A stretch of 64,000 nt of DNA, from NCBI RefSeq assembly GCF_009914755.1, contig NC_060933.1. One strand, 5' to 3'. Source of the stretch: the human T2T-CHM13v2.0 reference genome, Homo sapiens. Both the position numbers and the translations under genes were made by a program. This document shows, piece by piece, positions 1 to 11,848 of this stretch. The notes beneath the pieces are model-generated. The model did no database searches, was not told where the DNA came from, and worked only from the letters and a program-made list of their open reading frames with translations. Every line of letters starts with the position of its first letter. The first letter of the stretch is position 1.

Positions 1-677
1 AATGGAATGGAATGGAATGCAATGGAATGGAATCAACCCGAGTGCAATGGAATGGAGAGGAATGGAATGGAATGGAATGGAAACTACCCGAATGGAATAG
101 AATGTAATGGAGTGTAAGGGAATTGAATAGAATCAATCCGAATGTAATGGAATGGAATGGAACGGAATGGAATGGAATGGAATGGAATGGAATGGAATGG
201 AATGGAATGCAATGGAATGGAATCAACCCGAGTGCAATCGAATGGAATCGAATGGAATGGAATGCAATGGAATGGATTCAACTTGAATGGAATGGAAAGA
301 ATGGAATCAACACGAGTAGAACGGCATGGATTGGAATGCAATGGAATTGATTCAACCCGAGTACAGGGGAATGGAAGGGAATGGAATGCAATGGAATGGA
401 ATCATCCGTAATGGAATGGAAAGGAATGGAATGGAATGGAATGGAATGGAATGGAATGGAATCAACACGATTGCAATCGAATGGAATGGAATGGAATTAA
501 CCCGAATAGAATGGAATGGAATGGAATGGAACGGAACGGAATGGAATGGAATGGAATGGAATGGAATGGAACGGAACCGAACGGAACGGAATGGAATGGA
601 ATGGAATGGAATGGAATGGAATGGAATGGAATCAACGCGAGTGCAGGGGAATGGAATGGAATGGAATGCAATGGAAT

Positions 678-692
678 GGAATCTTCCGGAAT
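678..692 (+). promoter_or_regulatory. Consensus heat-shock element nGAAnnTTCnnGAAn (representative left-arm copy)
   Basis: g-GAA-tc-TTC-cg-GAA-t. Other left-arm copies start at 2016, 5727, 6416, 7085 (ac spacer), 8853 and 11446. The motif match is seen directly; HSF1 binding at these sites is inferred. Confidence 0.6.
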
Positions 693-3600
693 GGAATGGA
701 ATGGAATGGAATGGAATGGAATGAAATGCAATGGATTCAACTCGATTGCAATGGAATGGAATAGAATGGAATGGAATGGAATGGAATGGAATTAACCCGA
801 ATAGAATGGAATGGAATGGAACGGAATGGAACGGAATGGAACGGAATGGAATGGAATGGAATGGAATGGAATGGAATGGTATGGAATGGAATAGAATGGT
901 ACGGAATAGAATGGAATGGAACGAATTGTAATGGAATGGAAGTGAATGGAATGGAATGGAATGGAATGGAATCAACGCGAGTGCAGGGGAATGTAATGGA
1001 ACGGAGTGCAATGGAATGGAATCATCCGGAATGGAATGGAATGGAATGGAATGGAATGGAATGGAATGGAATGCAAAGGAATGGAATCAACCCGAGTGGA
1101 ATGGCATGGAATGGAATGCAATGGAATGGAATGGAATGGAATCAACTCGAGTGGAAAGGAATGGAATGGAATGGAAAGGAATGGAATGAAGTCAACTCGA
1201 GTGGAATGGAATGGAATGGAATGGATTGGAATGGATTGCAATGGAATGAAATGGAATGGAATGGAATCAATCATTCCGAGTGGAATGGAAGGGAATGTAA
1301 TGGAGTGGAAAGAAGGGAATGGAATCAACCCGAGTGGAATGCAAGGCAATGGAATGGAATGGAAAGGAATGGAATGGAATCAACTCGATTGCAATGGAAT
1401 GGAATGGAATGGAATGGAATGGAATGGAATGGAATGGAATGGAATTAACCGGAATAGAATGGAATGGAATGGAATGGAACGGAATTGAATGGAATGGAAG
1501 GGAATGGAATCAACACGAGTGCAGGGGAATGGAATGGAATGGAATGCAATGGAATGGAATCATCCGGAATGGAATGGAGTGGAATGGAATCAACTCCATT
1601 GCAATGGAATGGAATGGAATGGAATGGAATAGAATGGAATGGAATTAACCCGAATAGAATGGAATGCAATAGAATGGAATGCAACGGAACCGAATGGAGT
1701 GGAATGGAATGGAATGGAATCAACCCGAGTACAGGGGAATGGAATGGAATGGAATGCAATGGAATGGAGTCATCCGTAATGGGATGGAAAGGAATGGAAT
1801 GGAATGGAATGGAATGGAATGGAATCAACTCGATGGCAATCGAATGGAATGGAATGGAATTAACCCGAATAGAATGGAATGGAATGGAATGGAACGGAAC
1901 GGAATGGAATGGAACGGAATGGAATGGAATGGAACGGAACGGAATGGAATGGAATGGAATGGAATGGAATCAACGCGAGTGCAGGGGAATGGAATGGAAT
2001 GGAATGCAATCGAATGGAATCTTCCGGAATGGAATGCAATGGAACGCAATGGAATGAAAGGCAATGGATTCAACTCGATTGCAATGGAATGGAATAGAAT
2101 GGAATGGAATGGAATGGAATGGAATGGAATTGAATGGAATGGAATACTTTAATACCGAATGGTATGGAAAGGAATGGAATCAACACGAGTGGAAAGGAAT
2201 GGAATGGAAAGGAATGGAATGGAATGGAATGGTACGGAATAGAATGGAATGGAACGAACTGGAATGGAATGGAATGGAATGGAATGGAATGGAATGGAAT
2301 GGAATGGAATCGTTCCGAGTGGAATAGGATGGAATGTATTCGAGTGGAATGGAAAGGAATGGAATCAACCAGAGTGGAATGGAAGGGAATGGAATGGAAT
2401 GGAATCTAATAGAATGGAATCAACCCGAGTGGAATGGAATGGAAAGGACTGGAATGGAATGGAATGGAATGGAATGGAATGGAATCAACTCGATTGTAAT
2501 GGAATGGAATGGAATGGAATGGAATGGAATGGAATGGAATGGAATGGAATTAACCCGAATACAATGGAATGGAATGGAATGGAACGGAATGGAGTGGAAT
2601 GGAATGGAATCAACCCGAGTGCAGGGGAATGGAATGGAATGGAATGCAATGGAATGGAATCATCCGGAATGGAATGGAATGGAATGGAATGCAAAGCAAT
2701 GGAATCAACTCGATTGCAATGGAATGGAATGGAATGGAAAGGAATAGAATGGAATCAACCCGAGTGTAATGGAATGGAAAGGACTGGAATGGAGTGGAAT
2801 GGAATGGAATGGAAAGGAAAGGAATCAACTCGATTGTAATGGAATGGAATGGAATGGAATGGAATTAACCCGAATAGAATGGAAAGGAATGGAATGGAAC
2901 GGAATGGAATGGAATGGAATGGAATGGAATGGAATGGAATGGAATCAACCCGACTGCAGGGGAATGGAATGGAATGGAATGGAATGGAATGGAATGGAAT
3001 GGAATCATCCGGAACGGAATGGAATGGAATGGAATGGAATCAACTCGATTGCAATGGAATGGAATGGAATGGAATGGAATCGAATGGAATGGAGTGGAAT
3101 TAACAGGAATAGAATGGAATGGAATGGAATTGAACGGAATGAAATGGAAGGGAATGGAATGGAATGGAATGGAATCAACCCGAGTGCAGGGGAATGGAAT
3201 GGAATGGAATTCAATGGAATGGAATCATCCGGAATGGAATGGAATGGAATGGAATGCAATCAACCTGATGCAATGGAATGGAATGGAATGGAATGGAATG
3301 GAATGGAAACATCCCGAATGGAATGGAATGTAATGGAGTGTAAGGGAATTGAATAGAATCAATCCGAATGTAATAGAATGGAATGGAATGAAATGGAATG
3401 GAATGGAATGGAATGGAATGGAATCAACCCGAGTGCAATGGAATGGATTCGAATGGAATGGAATGGAATGGATTCAACAAGAATGGAATGGAAAGGAATG
3501 GAATCAAACCGAGTGTAATGGCATGGAATGGAACGGAATGGAATGGGATGGAATGGAATGGAATGCAATGGAATGGAATCAACCCGAGTGCAATGGAATG

Positions 3601-3959
3601 GAGAGGAATGGAATGGAATGGAATGGAAACTACCCGAATGGAATGGAATGTAATGGAGTGTAAGGGAATTGAATAGAATCAATCCGAATGTAATGGAATG
3701 GAATATAACGGAATGGAATGGAATGGAGTGGAATGGAATGGAATGGAATGGAATGCAATGGAATGGAATCAACCCGAGTGCAATCGAATGGAATCGAATG
3801 GAATGGAATGCAATGGAATGGATTCAACTTGAATGGAATGGAAAGAATGGAATCAACACGAGTGGAATGGCATGGATTGGAATGGAATGGAATGGAATTA
3901 ACCCGAGTACAGGGGAATGGAATGGAATGGAATGCAATGGAATGGAATCATCCGTAATG

Positions 3960-6900
3960 GAATGGAATGGAATGGAATGGAATGAAATGCAATGGATTCA
4001 ACTCGATTGCAATGGAATGGAATAGAATGGAATGAAATGGAATGGAATGCAATTAATCCGAATAGAATGGAATGGAATGGAATGGAACGGAATGGAAAGG
4101 AATGGAATGGAATGGAATGCTATGCAATGGAATGGAATGGTACGGAATAGAATGGAATGGAACGAATTGTAATGGAATGGAATTGAATGGAATGGAATGG
4201 AATGGAATGGAATCAACGCGAGTGCAGGGGATTGTAATGGAACGGAATGCAATGGAATGGAATCATCCGGAATGGAATGGAATGGAATGGAATGGAATGG
4301 AATGGAATCAACCCGAGTGCAATGGAATGGAGTGGAATGGAATGGAATGGAATGGAACAACCCGAATGGAATGGAATGTAATGGAGAGTAAGGGAGTTGA
4401 ATAGAATCAATCCGAATGTAATGGAATGGAATGCAACGGAATGGAATGGAATGGAATGGAATGGAATGCAATGGAATGGAATCAACCCGAGTACAATGGA
4501 ATGGAATGGAATGGAATGGAATGGAATGGAATGGAATGGAATGATACGGAATAGAATGGAATGGAACGAAATGGAATTGAATGGAAAGGAATGGAATGGA
4601 ATGGAATGGAATCGTTCCGAGTGGAATAGGAGGGAAAGTATTCGAGTGGAATGGAAAGGAATGGAATCAACCAGAGTGGAATGGAAGGGAATGGAATGGA
4701 ATGGAAACTAATAGAATGGAATCAACCCGAGTGGAATGGAATGGAAAGGACTGGAATGGAATGGAATGGAATGGAATCAACTCGTTTGTAATGGAATGGA
4801 ATGGAATGGAATGGAATGGAATGGAATGGAATTAACCCGAATACAATGGAAGGGAATGGAATGGAATGGAAACTAATAGAATGGAATCAACCCGAGTGGA
4901 ATGGAATGGAAAGGACTGGAATGGAATGGAATGGAATGGAATCAACTCGATTGTAATGGAATGGAATGGAATGGAATGGAATGGAGTGGAATGGAATGGA
5001 ATCAACCCGAGTGCAGGGGAATGGAATGGAATGGAATGCAATGGAATGGAATCATCCGAAATGGAATCGAATGGAATGGAATGCAAAGCAATGGAATCAA
5101 CTCGATTGCAATGGAATGGAATGGAATGGAAAGGAGTACATTGGAATCAACCCGAGTGGAATGGAATGGAAAGGACTGGATTGGAGTGGAATGGAATGGA
5201 ATGCAATGGAATGGAATGGAATGGAATCAACTTGATTGGAATGGAATGGAATGGAATGGAATGGAATGGAATAGAATGGAATCAACCCGACTGCAGGGGA
5301 ATGGAATGGAATGGAATGCAATGGAATGGATTCAACTTGAATGGAATGGAAAGAATGGAATCAACACGAGTGGAATGGCATGGATTGGAATGGAATGGAA
5401 TGGAATCAACCCGAATACAGGGGAATGGAATGGAATGGAATGCAATGGAATGGAATCATCCGTAATGGAATGGAAAGGAATGGAATGGAATGGAAAGGAA
5501 TGCAATGGAATGGAATGGAATGGAATGGAATCAACTCGATTGCAATCGAATGGAATGGAATGGAATTAACCCGAATAGAATGGAATGGAATGGAATGGAA
5601 CGGAACGGAATGGAATGGAATGGAATGGAATGGAATGGAACGGAACGGAACGGAATGGAATGGAATGGAATGGAATGGAATCAACGCGAGTGCAGGGGAA
5701 TGGAATGGAATGGAATGCAATGGAATGGAATCTTCCGGAATGGAATGGAATGGAATGGAATGCAATGGAATGGAATGGAATCCAATGGAATGGAATCAAC
5801 CCGAGTTCAATGAAATGGAGAGGAATGGAATGGAATGGAATGGAAACTACCCGAATGGAATGGAATGTAATGGAGTGTAAAGGAATTGAATAGAATCAAT
5901 CCGAATGTAATGGAATGGAATGGAACGGAATGGAATGGAATGGAATGGAATGGAATGGAATGGAATGCAATGGAATGGAATCAACCCGAGTGCAATCGAA
6001 TGGAATCGAATGGAATGGAATGCAATGGAATGGATTCAACTTGAATGGAATGGAAAGAATGGAATCAACACGAGTGGAATGACATGGATTGTAATGGAAT
6101 GGAATGGAATCAACCCGAGTACAGGGGAATGGAATGGAATGGAATGCAATGAAATGGAATCATCCGTAATGGAATGGAAAGGAATGGAATGGAATGGAAT
6201 GGAATGGAATGGAATGGAATCAACTCGATTGCAATCGAATGGAATGGAATGGAATTAACCCGAATAGAATGGAATGGAATGGAATGGAACGGAAGGGAAT
6301 GGAATGGAATGGAACGGAATGGAACGGAAAGGAAGGGAATGGAATGGAATAGAATGGAATGGAATGGAATCAACGCGAGTGCAGGGGAATGGAATGGAAT
6401 GGAATGCAATGGAATGGAATCTTCCGGAATGGAATGGAATGGAATGGAATGGAATGGAATGGAATGGAATCAACCCGAGTGCAATGGAATGGAGTGGAAT
6501 GGAATGGAATGGAATGGAACAACCCGAATGGAATGGAAAGTAATGGAGAGTAAGGGAGTTGAATAGAATCAATCCGAATGTAATGGAATGGAATGGAACG
6601 GAATGGAATTGAATGGAATGGAATGGAATGCAATGGTATGGAATCAACCCGAGTGCAATGGAATGGAGAGGAATGGAATGGAATGGAATGGATACTACCC
6701 GAATGGAATGGAATGTAATGGAGTGTAAGGGAATTGAATAGAATCAATCCGAATGTAATGGAATGGAATGGAACGGAATGGAATGGAATGGAATCAACGC
6801 GAGTGCAGGGGAATGGAATGGAATGGAATGCAATGGAATGGAATCATCCGTAATGGAATGGAAAGGAATGGAATGGAATGGAATGGAATGGAATGGAATG

Positions 6901-8620
6901 GAATGGAATCAACTCGATTGCAATCGAATGGAATGGAATGGAATTAACCCGAATAGAATGGAATGGAATGGAATGGAACGGAACGGAATGGAATGGAATG
7001 GAATGGAATGGAACGGAATGGAATGGAATGGAATGGAATCAACGCGAGTGCAGGGGAATGGAATGGAATGGAATGTAATGGAATGGAAACTTCCGGAATG
7101 GAATGGAATGGAATGGAATGGAATGATATGCAATGGATTCTACTCGATTGCAATGGAATGGAATAGAATGGAATGAAATGGAATGGAATGCAATTAATCC
7201 GAATAGAATGGAATGGAATGGAATGGAATGGAACGGAATGGAACGGAATGGAATGGAATGGAATGGAATGGAATGGTATGGAATGGAATGGAATGGTACG
7301 GAATAGAATGGAATGGAACGAATTGTAATGGAATGGAATTGAATGGAATGGAATGGAATGGAATGGAATGGAATGGAATCAACGCGAGTGCAGGGGAATG
7401 TAATGGAACGGAATGCAATGGAATGGAATCATCCGGAATGGAATGGAATGGAATGGAATGGAATTGAATGGAATCAACCCGAGTGCAATGGAATGGAGTG
7501 GAATGGAATGGAATGGAATGGAACAACCCGAATGGAATGGAATGTAATGGAGAGTAAGGGAGTTGAATAGAATCAATCCGAATGTAATGGAATGGAATGC
7601 AACGGAATGGAATGGAATGGAATAGAATGGAATGCAATGGAATGGAATCAACCCGAGTACAATGGAATGGAATGGAATGGAATGGAATGGAATGGAATGG
7701 AATGGAATGGAATGATACGGAATAGAATGGAATGGAACGAAATGGAATGGAATGGAAAGGAATGGAATGGAATGGAATGGAATCGTTCCGAGTGGAATAG
7801 GAGGGAAAGTATTCGAGTGGAATGGAAAGGAATGGAATCAACCAGAGTGGAATGGAAGGGAATGGAATGGAATGGAAACTAATAGAATGGAATCAACCCG
7901 AGTGGAATGGAATGGAAAGGACTGGAATGGAATGGAATGGAATGGAATCAACACGATTGTAATGGAATGGAATGGAATGGAATGGAATGGAATGGAATGG
8001 AATTAACCCGAATACAATGGAATGGAATGGAATGGAACGGAATGGAGTGGAATTTAATGGAATCAACCCAAGTGCAGGGGAATGGAATGGAATGGAATGC
8101 AATGGAATGGAATCATCCGGAATGGAATGGAATGGAATGGAATACAAAGCAATGGAATCAACTCGATTGCAATGGAATGGAATGGAATGGAAAGGAATAC
8201 ATTGGAATCAACCCGAGTGGAATGGAATGGAAAGGACTGGAATGGAGTGGAATGGAATGGAATGGAATCAACTCGATTGGAATGGAATGGAATGGAATGG
8301 AATGGAATGGAATGGAATGGAATGGAATTAACCCGAATAGAATGGAATGGAATTAAATGGAAAGGAACGGAATGGAATGGAATGGAATGGAATGGAATGG
8401 AATCAACCCGACTGCAGGGGAATGGAATGGAATGGAATGCAATGGAATGGACTCAACTTGAATGGAATGGAAAGAATGGAATCAACAAGAGTGGAATGGC
8501 ATGGATTGCAATGGAATGGAATGGAATCAACCCGAGTACAGGGGAATGGAATGGAATGGAATGCAATGGAATGCAATCATCCGTAATGGAATGGAAAGGA
8601 ATGGGATGGAATGGAATGGA
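3960..8620 (+). repeat. Direct block duplication, about 3960-5500 vs 7110-8620 (offset about 3.1-3.2 kb)
   Basis: Shared rare variants AGGGAAAGTATTCGAG (4631 and 7802, offset 3171) and GAATGCAATTAATCCGAATAG, with the same word order. Confidence 0.75.
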
Positions 8621-11600
8621 ATGGAATAGAATGGAAAGGAATCAACTCGATTTCAATGGAATGGAATGGAATGGAATTAACCCGAATAGAATGGAATGGA
8701 ATGGAATGGAACGGAATGGAACGGAATGGAATGGAATGGAATGGAATGGAATGGAACGGAACGGAACGGAACGGAATGGAATGGAATGGAATGGAATGGA
8801 ATGGAATCAACGCGAGTGCAGGGGAATGGAATGTAATGGAATGCAATGGAATGGAATCTTCCGGAATGGAATGGAATGGAATGGAATCAACCCGAGTGCA
8901 ATGGAATGGAGTGGAATGGAATGGAATGGAATGGAACAACCCGAATGGAATGGAATGTAATGGAGAGTAAGGGAGTTGAATAGAATCGATCCGAATGTAA
9001 TGGAATGGAATGCAACGGAATGGAATGGAATGGAATGGAATGGAATGGAATGGAATGGAATGCAATGGAATGGAATCAACCCGAGTACAATGGAATGGAA
9101 TGGAATGGAATGGAATGGAATGGAATCACCTCGATTTCAATGGAATGGAATGGAATAGAATGGAATGGAATTAACACGAATAGAATGGAAGGGAATGGAA
9201 TGGAATGGAATGGAACAGAAAGGAATGGAATGGAATGGAATCAACCCAAGTGCAGGGGAATGGAATGGAATGGAATTCAATGGAATGGAATCATCCGGAA
9301 TGGAATGGAATGGAATGGAATGGAATGGAGTGGAATGGAATGGAATCAACCCGTGTGCAATGGAATGGAGAGGAATGGAATGGAATGGAATGGAATGGAA
9401 ACTACCCGAATGGAATGGAATGTAATGGAGTGTAAGGGAATTGATTAGAATGAATCCGAATGGAATGGAATGGAATGGAAAGGAATGGAATGGAATGGAA
9501 TGGAATGGAATAGAATGGAATGCAATGCCATGGAATCAACCCGAGTGCAATCGAATGGAATCGAATGGAATGGAATACAATGGAATGGATTCAACATGAA
9601 TGGAATGGAAAGAATGGAATCAACAGGAGTGGAATGGCATGGATTGGAATGGAATGGAATGGAATCAACCCGAGTACAGGGGAATGGAATGGAATGGAAT
9701 GCAATGGAATGGAATCATCCGTAATGGAATGGAAAGGAATGGAATGGAATGGAATGGAATGCAGTGGAATGGAATGGAATCAACTCGATAGCAATCGAAT
9801 GGAATGGAATGGAATTAACCCGAATAGAATCTACTGGAATGGAATGGAACGGAAAGGAACGGAATGGAATGGAATGGAATGGAATGGAATGGAACGGAAA
9901 GGAATGGAATGGAATGGAATGGAATGGAATGGAATGGAATGGAATCAACGCGAGTGCAGGGGAATGGAATGGAATGGAATGCAATGGAATGGAATCTTGC
10001 GGAATGGAATGGAATGGAATGGAATCAACCCGAGTGCAATGGAATGGAGTGGAATGGAATGGAATGGAATGGAACAACCCGAATAGAATGGAATGTAATG
10101 GAGAGTAAGGGAGTTGAATAGAATCAATCCGAATGTAATGGAATGGAATGGAACGGAATGGAAATGAATGGAATGGAATGGAATGGAATGGAATGGAATC
10201 AACTCGATTGCAATCGAATGGAATGGAATGGAATTAACCCAAATAGAATGGAATGTTATGGAATGGAACGGAACGGAATGGAATGGAATGGAATGGAATG
10301 GAATGGAATGGAACGGAACGGAACGGAACGGAACGGAATGGAACGGAATGGAATGGAATGGAATGGAATCAATGCGAGTGCAGGGGAATGGAATGGAATG
10401 GAATGCAATGGAATGGAATCATCCGGAATGGAATGGAATGGAATGGAATGGAATGGAATGGAATGGAATGGAATAGAATGCAATGGAATGGAATCAACCC
10501 GAGTACAATGGAATGGAATGGAATGGAATGGAACGGATTGGAATGGAATGGAATGGAATGGAATGGAATGGAATGGAAAGAATGGAATCAACCCGAGTGG
10601 AATGGCATGGAATGGAATGCAAAGGAATGGAATGGAATGGAATCAACTCGAGTGGAAAGGAATGGAATGGAATGGAAAGGAATGGAATGAAGTCAACTCG
10701 AGTGGAATGGAATGGAATGGAATGGATTGGAATGGATTGCAATGGAATGAAATGGAATGGAATGGAATGGAATCAATCATTGCGAGTGGAATGGAAGGGA
10801 ATGTATTGGAGTGGAAAGAAGGGAATGGAATCAACCCGAGTGGAATGCAAGGCAACGGAATGGAATGGAAAGGAATGGAATGGAATCAACTCGATTGCAA
10901 TCGCATGGAATGGAATGGAATGGAATGGAAAGGAATGGAATGGAATGAAATGGGATGGAATGGAATGCAATGGAATGGAATCAACCCGAGTGCAATCGAA
11001 TGGAATCGAATGGAATGGAATGCAATGGAATGGATTCAACTTGAATGGAATGGAAAGAATGGAATCAACACGAGTGGAATGGCATGGATTGGAATGGAAT
11101 GGAATGGAATCAACCCGAGTACAGGGGAATGGAATGGAATGGAATGCAATGGAATGGAATCATCCGTAATGGAAAGGAAAGGAATGGAATGGAATGGAGT
11201 GGAATGGAATGGAATAGAATCAACTCGATTGCAATCGAATGGAATGGAATGGAATTAACCCGAATAGAATGGAATGGAATGGAATGGAACGGAACGCAAC
11301 GGAACGGAATGGAATGGAATGGAATGGAATGGAATGGAACGGAAAGGAATGGAATGGAATGGAATGGAATGGAATGGAATGGAATGGAATGGAATGGAAT
11401 CAACGCGAGTGCAGGGGAATGGAATGTAATGGAATGTAATGGAATGGAATCTTCCGGAATGGAATGGAATGGAATGGAATCAACCCGAGTGCAATGGAAT
11501 GGAGTGGAATGGAATGGAATGGAATGGAACAACCTGAATGGAATCGAATGTAATGGAGAGTAAGGGAGTTGAATAGAATCAATCCGAATGTAATGGAATG

Positions 11601-11820
11601 GAATGGAACGGAATGGAATTGAATGGAATGGAATGGAATGCAATGGAATGGAATCAACCCGAGTGCAATGGAATGGAGAGGAGGGGAATGGAATGGAGTG
11701 GAAACTACCCGAATGGAATGGAATGTAATGGAGTGTAAGGGAATTGAATAGAATCAATCCGAATGTAATGGAATGGAATGGAACGGAATGGAATGGAATG
11801 GAATGGAATGGAAAGAAGGG

Positions 11821-11848
11821 AATGGAATCATCCCGAGTTGATTCCATT
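11821..11848. other. Inversion breakpoint / strand-switch junction within HSat3
   Basis: The sequence reads AATGGAATCA-TCCCGAGT-TGATTCCATT. Positions 11821-11830 and 11839-11848 are perfect reverse complements around an 8-nt loop. CGAGT (11834-11838) is shared by the expected left word (CAACCCGAGTGG) and right word (GCAATCGAGTTG). Confidence 0.95.

Larger units (their letters stand above)
1..11833 (+). repeat. Human Satellite 3 (HSat3/SatIII) array, G-rich (GGAAT)n strand on +
   Basis: Uninterrupted GGAAT pentamers with interspersed CAACCCGAGT-type 10-mers, the classical satellite III signature. It lacks the CATTCGATTC-dominated pattern of HSat2. The array runs off the left edge of the window. 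Confidence 0.97.

Noticed and set aside
124-140. DUX4-type site in TGAATAGAATCAATCC
   Set aside because: It matches only the AATCA half of TAAYBBAATCA, with mismatches in the first half, which is too weak to call.
640-655. G-quadruplex from GCAGGGG words
   Set aside because: Runs of three or more G are isolated and typically tens to hundreds of bases apart. The GG pentamers do not meet a canonical G4 pattern.
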